Virus record (IMG/VR): IMGVR_UViG_3300033463_000032
Location: 32,001 to 96,000 of that record
Direction: 5' to 3' (one strand)
Origin: a virus
Lineage: Duplodnaviria; Caudoviricetes
DNA length: 64,000 bases
How positions within the stretch are numbered: the stretch's first letter is position 1; every line of letters starts with the position of its first letter. The notes below the pieces were generated by a model, which was not told where the DNA came from, did not search any database, and saw only the letters and a program-made list of their open reading frames with translations. This document shows positions 1 through 9,556 of the stretch, piece after piece. The translations under genes and the position numbers were made by a program.

Positions 1-194
1 ATCCGGATTGGAATAATAAAGAAAATATCCGTAATTACTTTTATAATGCATTTGAAGTAGAAGATGAAATCAAATCATATTTCAGATTAGCAGATAAGAA
101 AGATAAGAAAGGATTACAAGAATTATTAGATCTTGGAACATTACCACCTTATGAAACTTATTTAGTAAATGCATTGTTAAGTGTTATTAGTTAA
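1..194 (+). CDS. hypothetical protein, 5'-truncated by window edge
   Basis: Open frame from position 3 (PDWNNKENIRNYF...) to TAA 192-194. Confidence 0.6.
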   Translation, partial: PDWNNKENIRNYFYNAFEVEDEIKSYFRLADKKDKKGLQELLDLGTLPPYETYLVNALLSVIS

Positions 195-203
195 GGAATT
201 GCT

Positions 204-509
204 ATGATTAGAATTTTGATTGAAGAACAAAATCATCCAGAACTAACATGTATTTCTTCTGTAGAGTATGAAGAAATAAAAGAGGATTTGTTAAAAGATG
301 CTCAAGCATTTTGTAATTATAATGGCTATTGGTGTGTTTGTGTTGCTATAAGAAAGTTTCCAAATTGGTATTTAGTTAATTTAGATACTGGATATCTTTT
401 TACTGCTAACTCTTTAGAAGAGTATAGACACACTTTAAAAGACTGGGGTTTTTCTGAAAATCTAGTACAGTCTGTATATGGAAAGCAAAATGATTTTGAA
501 AATAAATAA
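204..509 (+). CDS. hypothetical protein with MIRILIEE leader (putative internal head protein)
   Basis: ORF with SD AAGGA; N-terminal L-x-E leader shared with neighbours. Confidence 0.7.
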   Translation: MIRILIEEQNHPELTCISSVEYEEIKEDLLKDAQAFCNYNGYWCVCVAIRKFPNWYLVNLDTGYLFTANSLEEYRHTLKDWGFSENLVQSVYGKQNDFENK

Positions 510-528
510 TAAAGGAGAAACATAACAC

Positions 529-1413
529 ATGGATAGAGATGAACTTATTCGTATTGTAGAAGAATTTAAAGCAGATAAATACCCGGATGGTGTGTATGAA
601 ATCTATGCTGACTATAGGGATGAACTTTCTGATAAACAAGCATTAAAGATTATCAAATCTAAAGATCCTTCCACTACATTCTATGAAATTCTTGAAGAAA
701 GTTATCTATACACAGATTCTTATTATCAAGATGCTTTAGACAAAGAATTTGAAGATTGGTGTGAATATCATGATTATGATGTAACCATTGATGATCTTCG
801 TAGTGAAGATGTTTATCTGGATGAATACATTACATTTGAACTTCCATATGACCATTTCTTAGATCAGGAATATTACTGTAGATTGATCGTGGATAATGGT
901 GATGCTAATTATGATTTCACCAGAAATCCTAACCAGGATAATGGTTATCAGATTGAAAGTGGAGCAGGTATTATCTGGTTAGGTGAACAGTTAGGATATA
1001 CAGTAGAGCAGATGCAACAAGCATTAGATTCTGCTATTAATCCTGATGAATATCCGATAGATCATAAGTTAGGTAAGGATAAGTTCTTAGACAGTCTTAT
1101 TCAAGAAGCAGCAAATGCATTTGGTTGTCCGGCACTTACATTCCTTTGTAAGATGAGTCTTAAGGATTTGATTAAAGTTGCAGAAAACCATGCAGATGTA
1201 AAAGTAGAACTCAATGATATGGGTTGTGGTTTCTTTGATGGTTACAATGGTGGTGGCAGTGTTCTTGAACTTGAATGTGGTAAGAAAGATATCATCATAC
1301 CAAATGATAAGATCTATCAGCTTGTACCGGATATCAAATGTAATGGTATGTATTCGGTAGATGAAGTATATGGCCTTTGGAAAGGTGCATATGCTGATGC
1401 AGAAGCTATTTAA
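529..1413 (+). CDS. acidic hypothetical protein
   Basis: 294 aa ORF, SD AAAGGAG. Confidence 0.8.
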   Translation: MDRDELIRIVEEFKADKYPDGVYEIYADYRDELSDKQALKIIKSKDPSTTFYEILEESYLYTDSYYQDALDKEFEDWCEYHDYDVTIDDLRSEDVYLDEYITFELPYDHFLDQEYYCRLIVDNGDANYDFTRNPNQDNGYQIESGAGIIWLGEQLGYTVEQMQQALDSAINPDEYPIDHKLGKDKFLDSLIQEAANAFGCPALTFLCKMSLKDLIKVAENHADVKVELNDMGCGFFDGYNGGGSVLELECGKKDIIIPNDKIYQLVPDIKCNGMYSVDEVYGLWKGAYADAEAI

Positions 1414-1433
1414 TAAATAAAGGAGAAAACAGT

Positions 1434-1814
1434 ATGATTACGTTTTTAAAAGAATTTGTAAGTCCGGAAAGAGAAGAAGCTTGGAAACTTATAGATAAGT
1501 ATCAAGAACGTGAATTTGGTGAAGTTCTTTATTCAGAAGGTGCTAGTGCGATTCTAGTAATGGCACTTCCTTTTAATACATATTCTGAGTTTGATGATGA
1601 AATGTATGAAGGTACATGTAGTGCTATCATAGACCTTATGCATTACACATTAAATTTTACAGCTTATGATGCAGCAAAGGATAAAGATTTTTATGATTCT
1701 ATTCAATATAATAATCTTGAAGATATGATTAACAAACTCCTTAAGCCTATGGCAGATGGTAAAATCACAGAAGAAGATTTTAAAGATCTGTTAGAAACTC
1801 ACATTATAGTTTAA
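1434..1814 (+). CDS. hypothetical protein with MITFLKE leader
   Basis: ORF, SD AAAGGAG. Confidence 0.75.
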   Translation: MITFLKEFVSPEREEAWKLIDKYQEREFGEVLYSEGASAILVMALPFNTYSEFDDEMYEGTCSAIIDLMHYTLNFTAYDAAKDKDFYDSIQYNNLEDMINKLLKPMADGKITEEDFKDLLETHIIV

Positions 1815-1844
1815 TAGAAATTACCAAATACTATAAATAATAAA

Positions 1845-1885
1845 TAAAACCATATCTTAGTAATTTACATTAAGGTATGGTTTTA
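1845..1885 (+). terminator. hairpin, probable intrinsic terminator
   Basis: TAAAACCATATCTTA / TAAGGTATGGTTTTA inverted repeat after ORF stop. Confidence 0.55.
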
Positions 1886-1914
1886 ATAAAATAAAAGTAT
1901 TAGGAGTTATCTAT

Positions 1915-2001
1915 ATGTCAGAAGAAGAACTGGAAATGTTTGTTACCAGATATTTAGATGAGAAACATGAAGAAACTAAATCTGAAAATATGGAGAAATA
2001 A
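1915..2001 (+). CDS. 28 aa peptide MSEEELEMFVTRYLDEKHEETKSENMEK
   Basis: SD AGGAG at 1902-1906; below the ORF-track length cutoff. Confidence 0.45.
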   Translation: MSEEELEMFVTRYLDEKHEETKSENMEK

Positions 2002-2006
2002 ATAAG

Positions 2007-2369
2007 ATGGTTAAGATTAATTTGAATGAAGATATTAATTCGTATTCATATACAGGACCTGGATTTGCTGATGATAGAATTGACTTAGCAAGCTTTTCAA
2101 ATGATGATGGTTATGTAGAACTAGTTAATGATGGATTTGATTGCTATGTTACTTCTCAATCATTCTTAGGCGATTATGACTTTTATCGTGAATATAAAAT
2201 GTCTAATATTGATGCTGCAATTAAAGATTTTAATACAGAAGTAAAGCATTTTGGAGATACTAGATCTCTTACTCGTAGATTTATAGATCAAGTATTATCT
2301 GAATATGGTAAGTCATTAAGTGATTATGAACCTGGTGGTTTTTATGATAATTTAAGAAAGGGGAAATAA
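2007..2369 (+). CDS. hypothetical protein with MVKINLNE leader
   Basis: ORF, SD GGAG. Confidence 0.75.
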   Translation: MVKINLNEDINSYSYTGPGFADDRIDLASFSNDDGYVELVNDGFDCYVTSQSFLGDYDFYREYKMSNIDAAIKDFNTEVKHFGDTRSLTRRFIDQVLSEYGKSLSDYEPGGFYDNLRKGK

Positions 2370-2374
2370 AGATT

Positions 2375-2938
2375 ATGATTACTAAAATTCCATTAAATGA
2401 ATGGAATCGTGGAGATTTTAATGGTTTAGGAACTTCTAATGATCCTAATGATAAAAGAACTAATTACAAGTTTACAGATCTGTATATTCCGGGTAATGAT
2501 GCTGCACCAGATGAATTATTCCAACAAGTAATGAATAATTACATTACAGATCGTGGAGAGTTAGAATCCATTCAGAAGATTCTTGAAAGAAATGGATGGA
2601 AAGAAGAAGCCAAAATTGTTGGTTACTTTATTGATGAGATTGATGAAGAAAAACAGTATGGTGATGATTATTCCATTAGTAGAATGAAGATTGATATTGC
2701 TGATGATTATAAACATGCTGGGTTTAAAGATGCTACTTGGGGCAAGGTAGAATGGGGATTAGATTGTTACTTAGATGGTGATTATGTAATTATTGTTCTT
2801 ACTGATCCAGAAACCTGGGAATCTGATAGCGATAGAGTACCAGTTGAAGAATTTATGAATATGACTAGAGATGACTTTGATAGTTGGGTAGGTCAATTGC
2901 GTTTTTATGGTGATTTTGAACCAGAGGAAGAAGAATAA
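2375..2938 (+). CDS. acidic hypothetical protein with MITKIPLNE leader
   Basis: ORF, SD AAGGGG. Confidence 0.75.
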   Translation: MITKIPLNEWNRGDFNGLGTSNDPNDKRTNYKFTDLYIPGNDAAPDELFQQVMNNYITDRGELESIQKILERNGWKEEAKIVGYFIDEIDEEKQYGDDYSISRMKIDIADDYKHAGFKDATWGKVEWGLDCYLDGDYVIIVLTDPETWESDSDRVPVEEFMNMTRDDFDSWVGQLRFYGDFEPEEEE

Positions 2939-2956
2939 TTAAGGAGAAACTAGTTT

Positions 2957-3313
2957 ATGAATGATACTTATAATTCTGATCTTCAAGAAGCAATTGATTT
3001 AATAACTGCTTATTATGAAGTAGAGTTTGGGGAAGATGTTGATTATCCAAATGAATATTCTTCCGGTAGTGATAATGTTTATCCTCTAATGTATACATCT
3101 GTAGATGGTTCTGATGGATATGAGCATGATATCCAGGTAAGTGCAGATTTAGATGCTTCTGAAATGGTTTATTACGTTGATAATGCTATAGTTTATAGAC
3201 AGAGATATAAAAATCTTCGTGAAATGATCGATAAAGAATTATTTGATTTTGAAGAAAATGCAGATCAGATATTTGATTACTATTATGGTAAGTGTATTAG
3301 ATTTGTAGATTAA
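2957..3313 (+). CDS. acidic hypothetical protein
   Basis: ORF, SD AAGGAG. Confidence 0.75.
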   Translation: MNDTYNSDLQEAIDLITAYYEVEFGEDVDYPNEYSSGSDNVYPLMYTSVDGSDGYEHDIQVSADLDASEMVYYVDNAIVYRQRYKNLREMIDKELFDFEENADQIFDYYYGKCIRFVD

Positions 3314-3332
3314 TGATAGGAGAAATGTTTTT

Positions 3333-3761
3333 ATGTACCAGGAACATTATTTTGAAGTAACTAATTGTGCGTTTCGTACATATCTTTATGATGAAACTGC
3401 AAAAGATAATCGTGGAGATAGAGTAGCCTATTGGTACCCTACAGGTAAGAATAGAATAAGCCGTAATTCTTTTGTAGACTGTGTAAAACAATACATATAT
3501 GCTCCTTTTTCGGAAAATCCTACAGATTGGCAATTTGATAGCGAAAGGAATAAGATAGTGATTTCTGTATTATCTTCCCGTCCTTGTGGTTCATATGCCA
3601 GAGATGGTTTTGCTAAGAAACCTACTAAAAAGGAACTTGCTGATTTCGAAAAAGGTAAAGGTGAGTTGTATATAGTAGAATTTGAAGCAAATGTAGAAGA
3701 AATCTCTATCACTAGCATTACAGAAGAACTTGCCAGAGCAGAAGGTCTGGAAATAATATAA
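3333..3761 (+). CDS. hypothetical protein
   Basis: ORF, SD AGGAG. Confidence 0.75.
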   Translation: MYQEHYFEVTNCAFRTYLYDETAKDNRGDRVAYWYPTGKNRISRNSFVDCVKQYIYAPFSENPTDWQFDSERNKIVISVLSSRPCGSYARDGFAKKPTKKELADFEKGKGELYIVEFEANVEEISITSITEELARAEGLEII

Positions 3762-3770
3762 AAATAAACA

Positions 3771-3862
3771 AGCCTTAGATTGAGTTCTAAGGCTTTCCTT
3801 GTAGGAAATGACTGATTATATTAATTTCTATAAGGTAAGTCTTAGAAAGGCAAATAGAAAGG
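3771..3862. repeat. dispersed inverted-repeat element, copy A
   Basis: TTCTAAGGC (3785-3793), 45 bp, GTCTTAGAA (3839-3847); related copies at 9.5, 19.9, 28.5 and 45.8 kb. Confidence 0.6.
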
Positions 3863-3871
3863 AATTAGGTT

Positions 3872-4063
3872 ATGATTACTGTTCTTAATGAAAGTAATAT
3901 TAAGCATAACGGTGATGGTACAGTTTGGTGTACTTGTATAAAGTGTACTTATAATGAACCATTCAAGATGCGTAAACATAAAGATCCGGACTTTGGGAAT
4001 GTTGAATGGTATGCAGTATGTCCTAGATGTGGAACTGAATATACAGAATTGTTAGAAAGATGA
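3872..4063 (+). CDS. small zinc-ribbon protein with MITVLNES leader
   Basis: CIKC...CPRCG motif. Confidence 0.7.
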   Translation: MITVLNESNIKHNGDGTVWCTCIKCTYNEPFKMRKHKDPDFGNVEWYAVCPRCGTEYTELLER

Positions 4064-4075
4064 GGTAATAGAATT

Positions 4076-4336
4076 ATGGATGAACAGGCTGTAAAAAATA
4101 TAATTCGTGATACAATGGCATGGAAACTGACAGAAGAAACCATTAATGGTAAAAAAGTTTGGTGTTATTCCAGAGGTAATGGCGATTATATACCAGTTAA
4201 ATATATTTCCGAAGATGAAAGAGATATATTAATAAATAGTTGTTGGGATGATGTTGAACTTGAACTTGGTGAAATAGATGACATAGACCTTTTTGATGAT
4301 TGGTTTGATGATGTTTTCTATGATGAATTTATGTAA
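4076..4336 (+). CDS. acidic hypothetical protein
   Basis: ORF, SD GAGGT. Confidence 0.7.
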   Translation: MDEQAVKNIIRDTMAWKLTEETINGKKVWCYSRGNGDYIPVKYISEDERDILINSCWDDVELELGEIDDIDLFDDWFDDVFYDEFM

Positions 4337-4356
4337 TTCTTAAGAGGTAACTAATT

Positions 4357-4833
4357 ATGGCAAGAATACATCTTAATGAAGATTATGATGATTTATATGA
4401 TCTTGTGAAACAATCACAAGATGATGAAATATATGATATCACTCAAGGTAAAATAAAGGATTATATTGATGACCAGGGTAGGTATCTTGATGACGAAGAT
4501 ATCTTGGATGAAATCTTCTGGGAAGATATTGATGATGGTCTGGCATATGATATTGCTAATTCCTGGGTAGATAAACAAAAAGAAGATCCTACATTCATAG
4601 ATAGAATTTATGAAGAAGGTGCTAAGGATTTTGAGAAAATCTGGAAAGCCTTTTTAGATAAGTTTGATGAAATCACCATACAGGGTGAAGATTATGTGAG
4701 AATTGATTCCTTTAGCACATGGTTCTTAAATGGTGATGATTATGATGATCTTTTAGATAATAAAGATGAATTCATTAAGAAACAAATTCAAAGAGTGTTA
4801 GAAGATACTAAAGATCTTACAAAGTATATGTAA
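4357..4833 (+). CDS. very acidic hypothetical protein with MARIHLNE leader
   Basis: ORF, SD GAGGT. Confidence 0.75.
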   Translation: MARIHLNEDYDDLYDLVKQSQDDEIYDITQGKIKDYIDDQGRYLDDEDILDEIFWEDIDDGLAYDIANSWVDKQKEDPTFIDRIYEEGAKDFEKIWKAFLDKFDEITIQGEDYVRIDSFSTWFLNGDDYDDLLDNKDEFIKKQIQRVLEDTKDLTKYM

Positions 4834-4834
4834 T

Positions 4835-6259
4835 ATGGAAAAATATCTGGTAGAAAATTTAGAAATACATGACACATTAAATCCTAAATTGTGGGATTCT
4901 AATGATAAGCTTATTCCTGATGTAAGGGATAAGATATTAGAAATAGTGGAAGAGTTCAAGAAGAATGTTAAGGAAATGACTGATCTTGAACTTAATCCGC
5001 TTGATATTTATATTGTTGGGTCCAATGCATCATATAATTACACAAGTCATTCTGATGTAGATGTTCATATAGTAATTAATTTTGATACCATTGATGAAAA
5101 TTCCGGGTTAGTTCAATCACTTATGAATTTTCAAAAATCAAGTTTCAATAGTGGATATGACATATCTATTCATGGTATTGATGTAGAACTTTATGTTGAA
5201 GATCTTAATTCTACTGCTTTAAGTAATGGTGTATTTTCCGTTATGCAGGATCAATGGATTAAGAAACCGGAAAAGATAGAAGTAGAAGAAATTGATATCA
5301 ATGATGATGTTGATGAATGGAAAGAAAAAATAAATGCTGCTTTAGATAGTAAATCCGCAGATGATATTGGAAAAGTAATTGATGATCTTTATATTCTTCG
5401 TAAGAACTCCTTACTAAGTGGCGGTGAATTTAGTGAAGGTAATTTAGTTTTTAAATCTATACGAGATTTAGAGTTGTTGCAAGACCTTAAGGATTCGTAT
5501 ACAAAATTAAGATCCAAAGAACTTTCTCTTGAGAATTGGAAGAAGCCACATAAGGTTACTGAGGTTTTTTCTGCATATATAGGTCGTTATGTTGAATGTC
5601 CTAATTGTGGATATGATACTGTTTATATTGGAACTGTTTCAAATGATGGTGCGTTAGTTGTATGTGATGAATGTGGTACAGAATTTGAACCATCATTAAT
5701 TGTGAATGATCAAGGTAAGACAGAGTTAAAGTTATTATCTTTAGAAAAGAAAGGAGTATCAAAAGGTATGAAGATAAATCTTACCGAAAGTGTAAATGAT
5801 TTGTGGTTCAATTCTATTGAAAGAGAAGAAGAAGCTATACCAGATGCAATTCAATATGGTGTATCTGATAGTAAGATTGATAGAATGATTAGTACTTATG
5901 ATAATGTTGTAAGACTTCTTAAGGCTAATAGATCAGAAGTTGTATTTACTACCATGTATAACATAGATGATATAGTAGCACCTGATTTCCTTAGAAACTT
6001 TAAACCAGTTAAGACTATTCAGAAATACAACTTAACATTAAGAAAAGATGATAAAGGAAATCAAATTGTTACAGAACCATCTTATGGTACTATGACACTT
6101 TATTTTGCTAGTGAAGATATTGCTAAAGATATTATTAGTCAATATGAATTTGACTGGGATAATTATGATGATGAATATACACCTAGTTCCACTTATGGAG
6201 ATTATAGCCCTAGTGATCCCTGGAACGCACCTGGAATGTCAAAACAGGACTTTATTTAA
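4835..6259 (+). CDS. Pol-beta-superfamily nucleotidyltransferase fused to a zinc ribbon and a C-terminal module
   Basis: IYIVGSNASYNYTSHSDVDVHIV (GS...DxD) and downstream VELY; CPNCG...CDECG; internal MKINLTES at 5768. Confidence 0.75.
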   Translation: MEKYLVENLEIHDTLNPKLWDSNDKLIPDVRDKILEIVEEFKKNVKEMTDLELNPLDIYIVGSNASYNYTSHSDVDVHIVINFDTIDENSGLVQSLMNFQKSSFNSGYDISIHGIDVELYVEDLNSTALSNGVFSVMQDQWIKKPEKIEVEEIDINDDVDEWKEKINAALDSKSADDIGKVIDDLYILRKNSLLSGGEFSEGNLVFKSIRDLELLQDLKDSYTKLRSKELSLENWKKPHKVTEVFSAYIGRYVECPNCGYDTVYIGTVSNDGALVVCDECGTEFEPSLIVNDQGKTELKLLSLEKKGVSKGMKINLTESVNDLWFNSIEREEEAIPDAIQYGVSDSKIDRMISTYDNVVRLLKANRSEVVFTTMYNIDDIVAPDFLRNFKPVKTIQKYNLTLRKDDKGNQIVTEPSYGTMTLYFASEDIAKDIISQYEFDWDNYDDEYTPSSTYGDYSPSDPWNAPGMSKQDFI

Positions 6260-6293
6260 TAAATAATAAATTTAATTATAAGGAGTTTTTATT

Positions 6294-7031
6294 ATGGGTT
6301 ACACTAACTATTGGAAAAGAACTGATAAAGAGTATGATAGTGATTTTGTCGAACTTGTAAAAGATGTATATGCAGATTGCAAGAACAAGGGAATTACTTT
6401 AGGTGATAACTGGGGAGAAGGTGAACCAGTTGCTGATCTTTTGGAGATTGCTTTTAATGGTGACGCTTCTAAAGATTTAGATCATGAAACATTCTATCTT
6501 CCTAATACAGATAATGAGTATTTTAAAGAGGGTTTTAATTTCTGTAAAACAGCAGCTAAACCTTATGACTATGCAGTAAAGGAAGTACTTAGACTTGCTG
6601 AGAAGTATGGATATGTTACTGATGTATCTGATGATGGTGAAGTAGATATTATTTCTGATGCAGAGTATTTAGGAGAATCATATTAGACAGAGAGTAAAAG
6701 TCTTAAAGAGTGGAATGATTGGAATATAGAAGCAATGACTGGTTATAAACCAAAGACTACATTCTATATGGATTTTTCTATTGCAGACAGATTTGGTGCT
6801 AATGCAATTAAAGATACATACAATAGAGCTATGAGAGAGTGGATAGATGATATTGAGTATGTAACTGAATTGTATATGGTCCTTAACTGGAAGATTTGGG
6901 AGCATTATGAAGATAACCCTGAGTATGGTGAACTTTATCAAACTCTTTGGGATAAGTGTGAAAGAGAGATATCTAAGCATTATAGAAATGATAAGGAAGC
7001 AATGAATTATTTTTATAAGACAACAGATTAA
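6294..7031 (+). CDS. two-domain hypothetical protein interrupted by an in-frame TAG (6684-6686); otherwise two ORFs 6294-6686 and 6735-7031
   Basis: ...GESY*TESKSLKEWNDWNIEAMTGYKP... is one continuous frame. Confidence 0.55.
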
Positions 7032-7043
7032 GTGAGGTAGCAA

Positions 7044-7469
7044 ATGATTACTGTATTAGAAGCTACAAAGAAACCAGATTTCTTATCAGACATAAATGGT
7101 AGAACTTTTTGGAGAAGATATGCACCAGATATGCAGGAGTTTTCTAGGAAGTTCAAAAGTTGGGTAAAGAAGATCGCAAAAGAGAATGGTTGGGAAGTAG
7201 TAAATTATGGTTATTCTGTAGACCATTTTTCCGGGTTCTTTAAATGTGGTGATACATATATATATTTTGCATATGATCTTCCTTGGGAAGAACCAGTAGA
7301 TGTAACATTGCCTGGAGCTCATTATGGTGTTCTTTATAGAACTGCTAAAGATGATAAAGATTATACAGGTGGTCATAATTGTTTTAGCAGCTTAGAAGAT
7401 TTCCCGGAAGATGTAGCATTTGAAATGAACAGGTTACTTAGAATAAAAGAAAGGAATAATACACTATGA
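7044..7469 (+). CDS. hypothetical protein with MITVLE leader
   Basis: ORF, SD GAGGT. Confidence 0.75.
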   Translation: MITVLEATKKPDFLSDINGRTFWRRYAPDMQEFSRKFKSWVKKIAKENGWEVVNYGYSVDHFSGFFKCGDTYIYFAYDLPWEEPVDVTLPGAHYGVLYRTAKDDKDYTGGHNCFSSLEDFPEDVAFEMNRLLRIKERNNTL

Positions 7470-8485
7470 TTACTATTCTTAATGAAACAACAAGAAAAGA
7501 AATAGATCAAAGAAATAAACAGATGTGGAATGATATCAGACAATCATTGAAAGATCATGGTGATTCTGATTGGAATAATGCTATTGGTTATATGAATAGA
7601 CTTCCTAAAGAGAAGTCAGATGAGTTTTATAGGTACAGCAGAGAAACTGCTTGTATTGATATGTTGCACTCTATTCTTACTTATTCAGATCCAGAAACCT
7701 GGACAGTAGATAATATTCTTAAAGATCATTATATGCAACAGTATATTAAAGAGTTGGGAAAGGATACTGTAGCGAATCTTATTCAACAAGAAATTGCCGA
7801 GTATCAAGATGCTACTATTGATTATAATTCTTATACAGATAGTGAAGGCCTTTCTTATAACTCTGTAAGATTTAGGGATGATAAATCATATAAAAGAGAA
7901 TCAGTACATACAGATTTAGTAGACCAATTTTTTGCAGATGTTCAAGATGTTGTAGATTATTTTAGATATCACAATAAGAATCTTAATAAGACACAAGATT
8001 ATCTTTTATACGATTTGGAAGATGCTTTAGATAGTAGATCAACATTAGCAGCGAGAGAAGCAATTGCTAATTTGAAGAATCACTCTAAAGGTATGAATAA
8101 CACGCAAAGTTCTATGATTGAAGAATTATATGGAGAGTTATTTGCTAGTGGTGAATACAAAGATATTGGTAGACCATCTTATGATGAATCATATAAGAGA
8201 GAATCAGTTGATGGTAAGCAAACATTAGCAGATTGGATATCTAACCCTAGAAATCAGAGAAGATATGGTAATGATGAAATAATGGTTGTTTGTATGAACC
8301 CTTATTTAGATGATCCTGATGATTGTCCGGGAGTACTGTTTGATGGTACATTTGATGAACTTAAGAACGGTACAGGTGATAATTATATTTCTGATAGTTA
8401 TGATATTTGGGTGGTAACAGGTACTACTTATAAGAGATATGGTGGTACTGATTTCCTTGAAATTAGTGTTGATTCTATTCATTAA
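7466..8485 (+). CDS. modular protein with MITILNE leader and two SYKRES linkers
   Basis: ORF; internal near-repeat at 7884-7905 and 8187-8208. Confidence 0.75.
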   Translation: MITILNETTRKEIDQRNKQMWNDIRQSLKDHGDSDWNNAIGYMNRLPKEKSDEFYRYSRETACIDMLHSILTYSDPETWTVDNILKDHYMQQYIKELGKDTVANLIQQEIAEYQDATIDYNSYTDSEGLSYNSVRFRDDKSYKRESVHTDLVDQFFADVQDVVDYFRYHNKNLNKTQDYLLYDLEDALDSRSTLAAREAIANLKNHSKGMNNTQSSMIEELYGELFASGEYKDIGRPSYDESYKRESVDGKQTLADWISNPRNQRRYGNDEIMVVCMNPYLDDPDDCPGVLFDGTFDELKNGTGDNYISDSYDIWVVTGTTYKRYGGTDFLEISVDSIH

Positions 8486-8507
8486 AAAGTAAGTGAGGTA
8501 GTGAGAT

Positions 8508-9419
8508 ATGATAACTAATTTAAATGAATCTGCTAACTATGATACAAAGCTAATTGCTAAGTGGCTTAAAGCAAAGTTTGATGATGAAGCATTTGGTACA
8601 GCAAAAACAATGCATGGTACATCAGATGCAGAGAGATATATGAACAGAAATAATCTTGTATATAATTCTGCTACAAAGATAGTTGGTGTATATCAAGGTA
8701 GTGATTGGAGAAATCCTACACCAATTTATAAAGTAATTCCTCAGTATGGTTCTAAGAAAGTACAAGGTACTTATGCACCTAAACTTCCTAAAATCATACC
8801 TATTGATGAGTACAATTCTATGTATGGTGAATCATATGTGAAAGAATCTTCACATACAGATTTAGTTAATAAGATATATTCAGTAATGGCAAATTATGAA
8901 TATGGTTATGATCCTGATATGTCTGATATAAATGCTATGCTACAAGAATTAGTCATAAATAATGGAATAGATGATATTAAGTCTAATGCATTTAAAAAGG
9001 CTTGGATTTCAGCTCATAATAAAGCAGAAAGAAAAGTTTGGGGCAGATCAGGTGATGCTATGAAATATGACGATCTTACTCCTGGTGAACAAGATGCTAT
9101 AGATAATTTTGATGAAGATTATTGGAAAAGATGGCGTAAACACTCAAAAACTGAATCAAAGAGATTGGTTAAAGAATCTTTTGATGATGATTGGACAGTA
9201 TCAACAACTTCTCAATTTTATGATGGTAGAAAACAAACACTTAGAAAGTTTACTAGAGAACTAGATGGTCATAAAATTCTTGTATGTCCTAAATACAATG
9301 AAAAATTTGATCAGATAGACTGGACTGTTTTCTTAGATGGTGAAAAGAAAGAAGTTTTTGAAACATCATATGATGCAATAGACTTTGTAGATTATGAATT
9401 AGCAGACTTGTATCTTTAA
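8508..9419 (+). CDS. modular protein with MITNLNES leader and ESYVKES / LVKES linkers
   Basis: ORF, SD GAGGT. Confidence 0.75.
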   Translation: MITNLNESANYDTKLIAKWLKAKFDDEAFGTAKTMHGTSDAERYMNRNNLVYNSATKIVGVYQGSDWRNPTPIYKVIPQYGSKKVQGTYAPKLPKIIPIDEYNSMYGESYVKESSHTDLVNKIYSVMANYEYGYDPDMSDINAMLQELVINNGIDDIKSNAFKKAWISAHNKAERKVWGRSGDAMKYDDLTPGEQDAIDNFDEDYWKRWRKHSKTESKRLVKESFDDDWTVSTTSQFYDGRKQTLRKFTRELDGHKILVCPKYNEKFDQIDWTVFLDGEKKEVFETSYDAIDFVDYELADLYL

Positions 9420-9429
9420 CAGTAAATAA

Positions 9430-9463
9430 AAGGCATTTGTACTATATGGTGTAAATGCCTTTA
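9430..9463 (+). terminator. hairpin, probable terminator
   Basis: AAGGCATTTGTAC / GTGTAAATGCCTT. Confidence 0.5.
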
Positions 9464-9548
9464 ATCTATGTTCTAAGGCTTTTATTAAAAAGATAGGAAA
9501 AGTATCATAAGAAGAATTAGAAAGCATTAGAAACGAAAATAGAGGGGT
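9458..9548. repeat. dispersed inverted-repeat element, copy B
   Basis: TTCTAAGGC (9471-9479), 44 bp, GCATTAGAAACGAAA (9524-9538). Confidence 0.6.
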
Positions 9549-9556
9549 TACAGAGT

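Noticed and set aside
1832-1839. T4-type late promoter TATAAATA (also at 16631)
   Set aside because: Too few copies upstream of structural genes and expected by chance in AT-rich DNA
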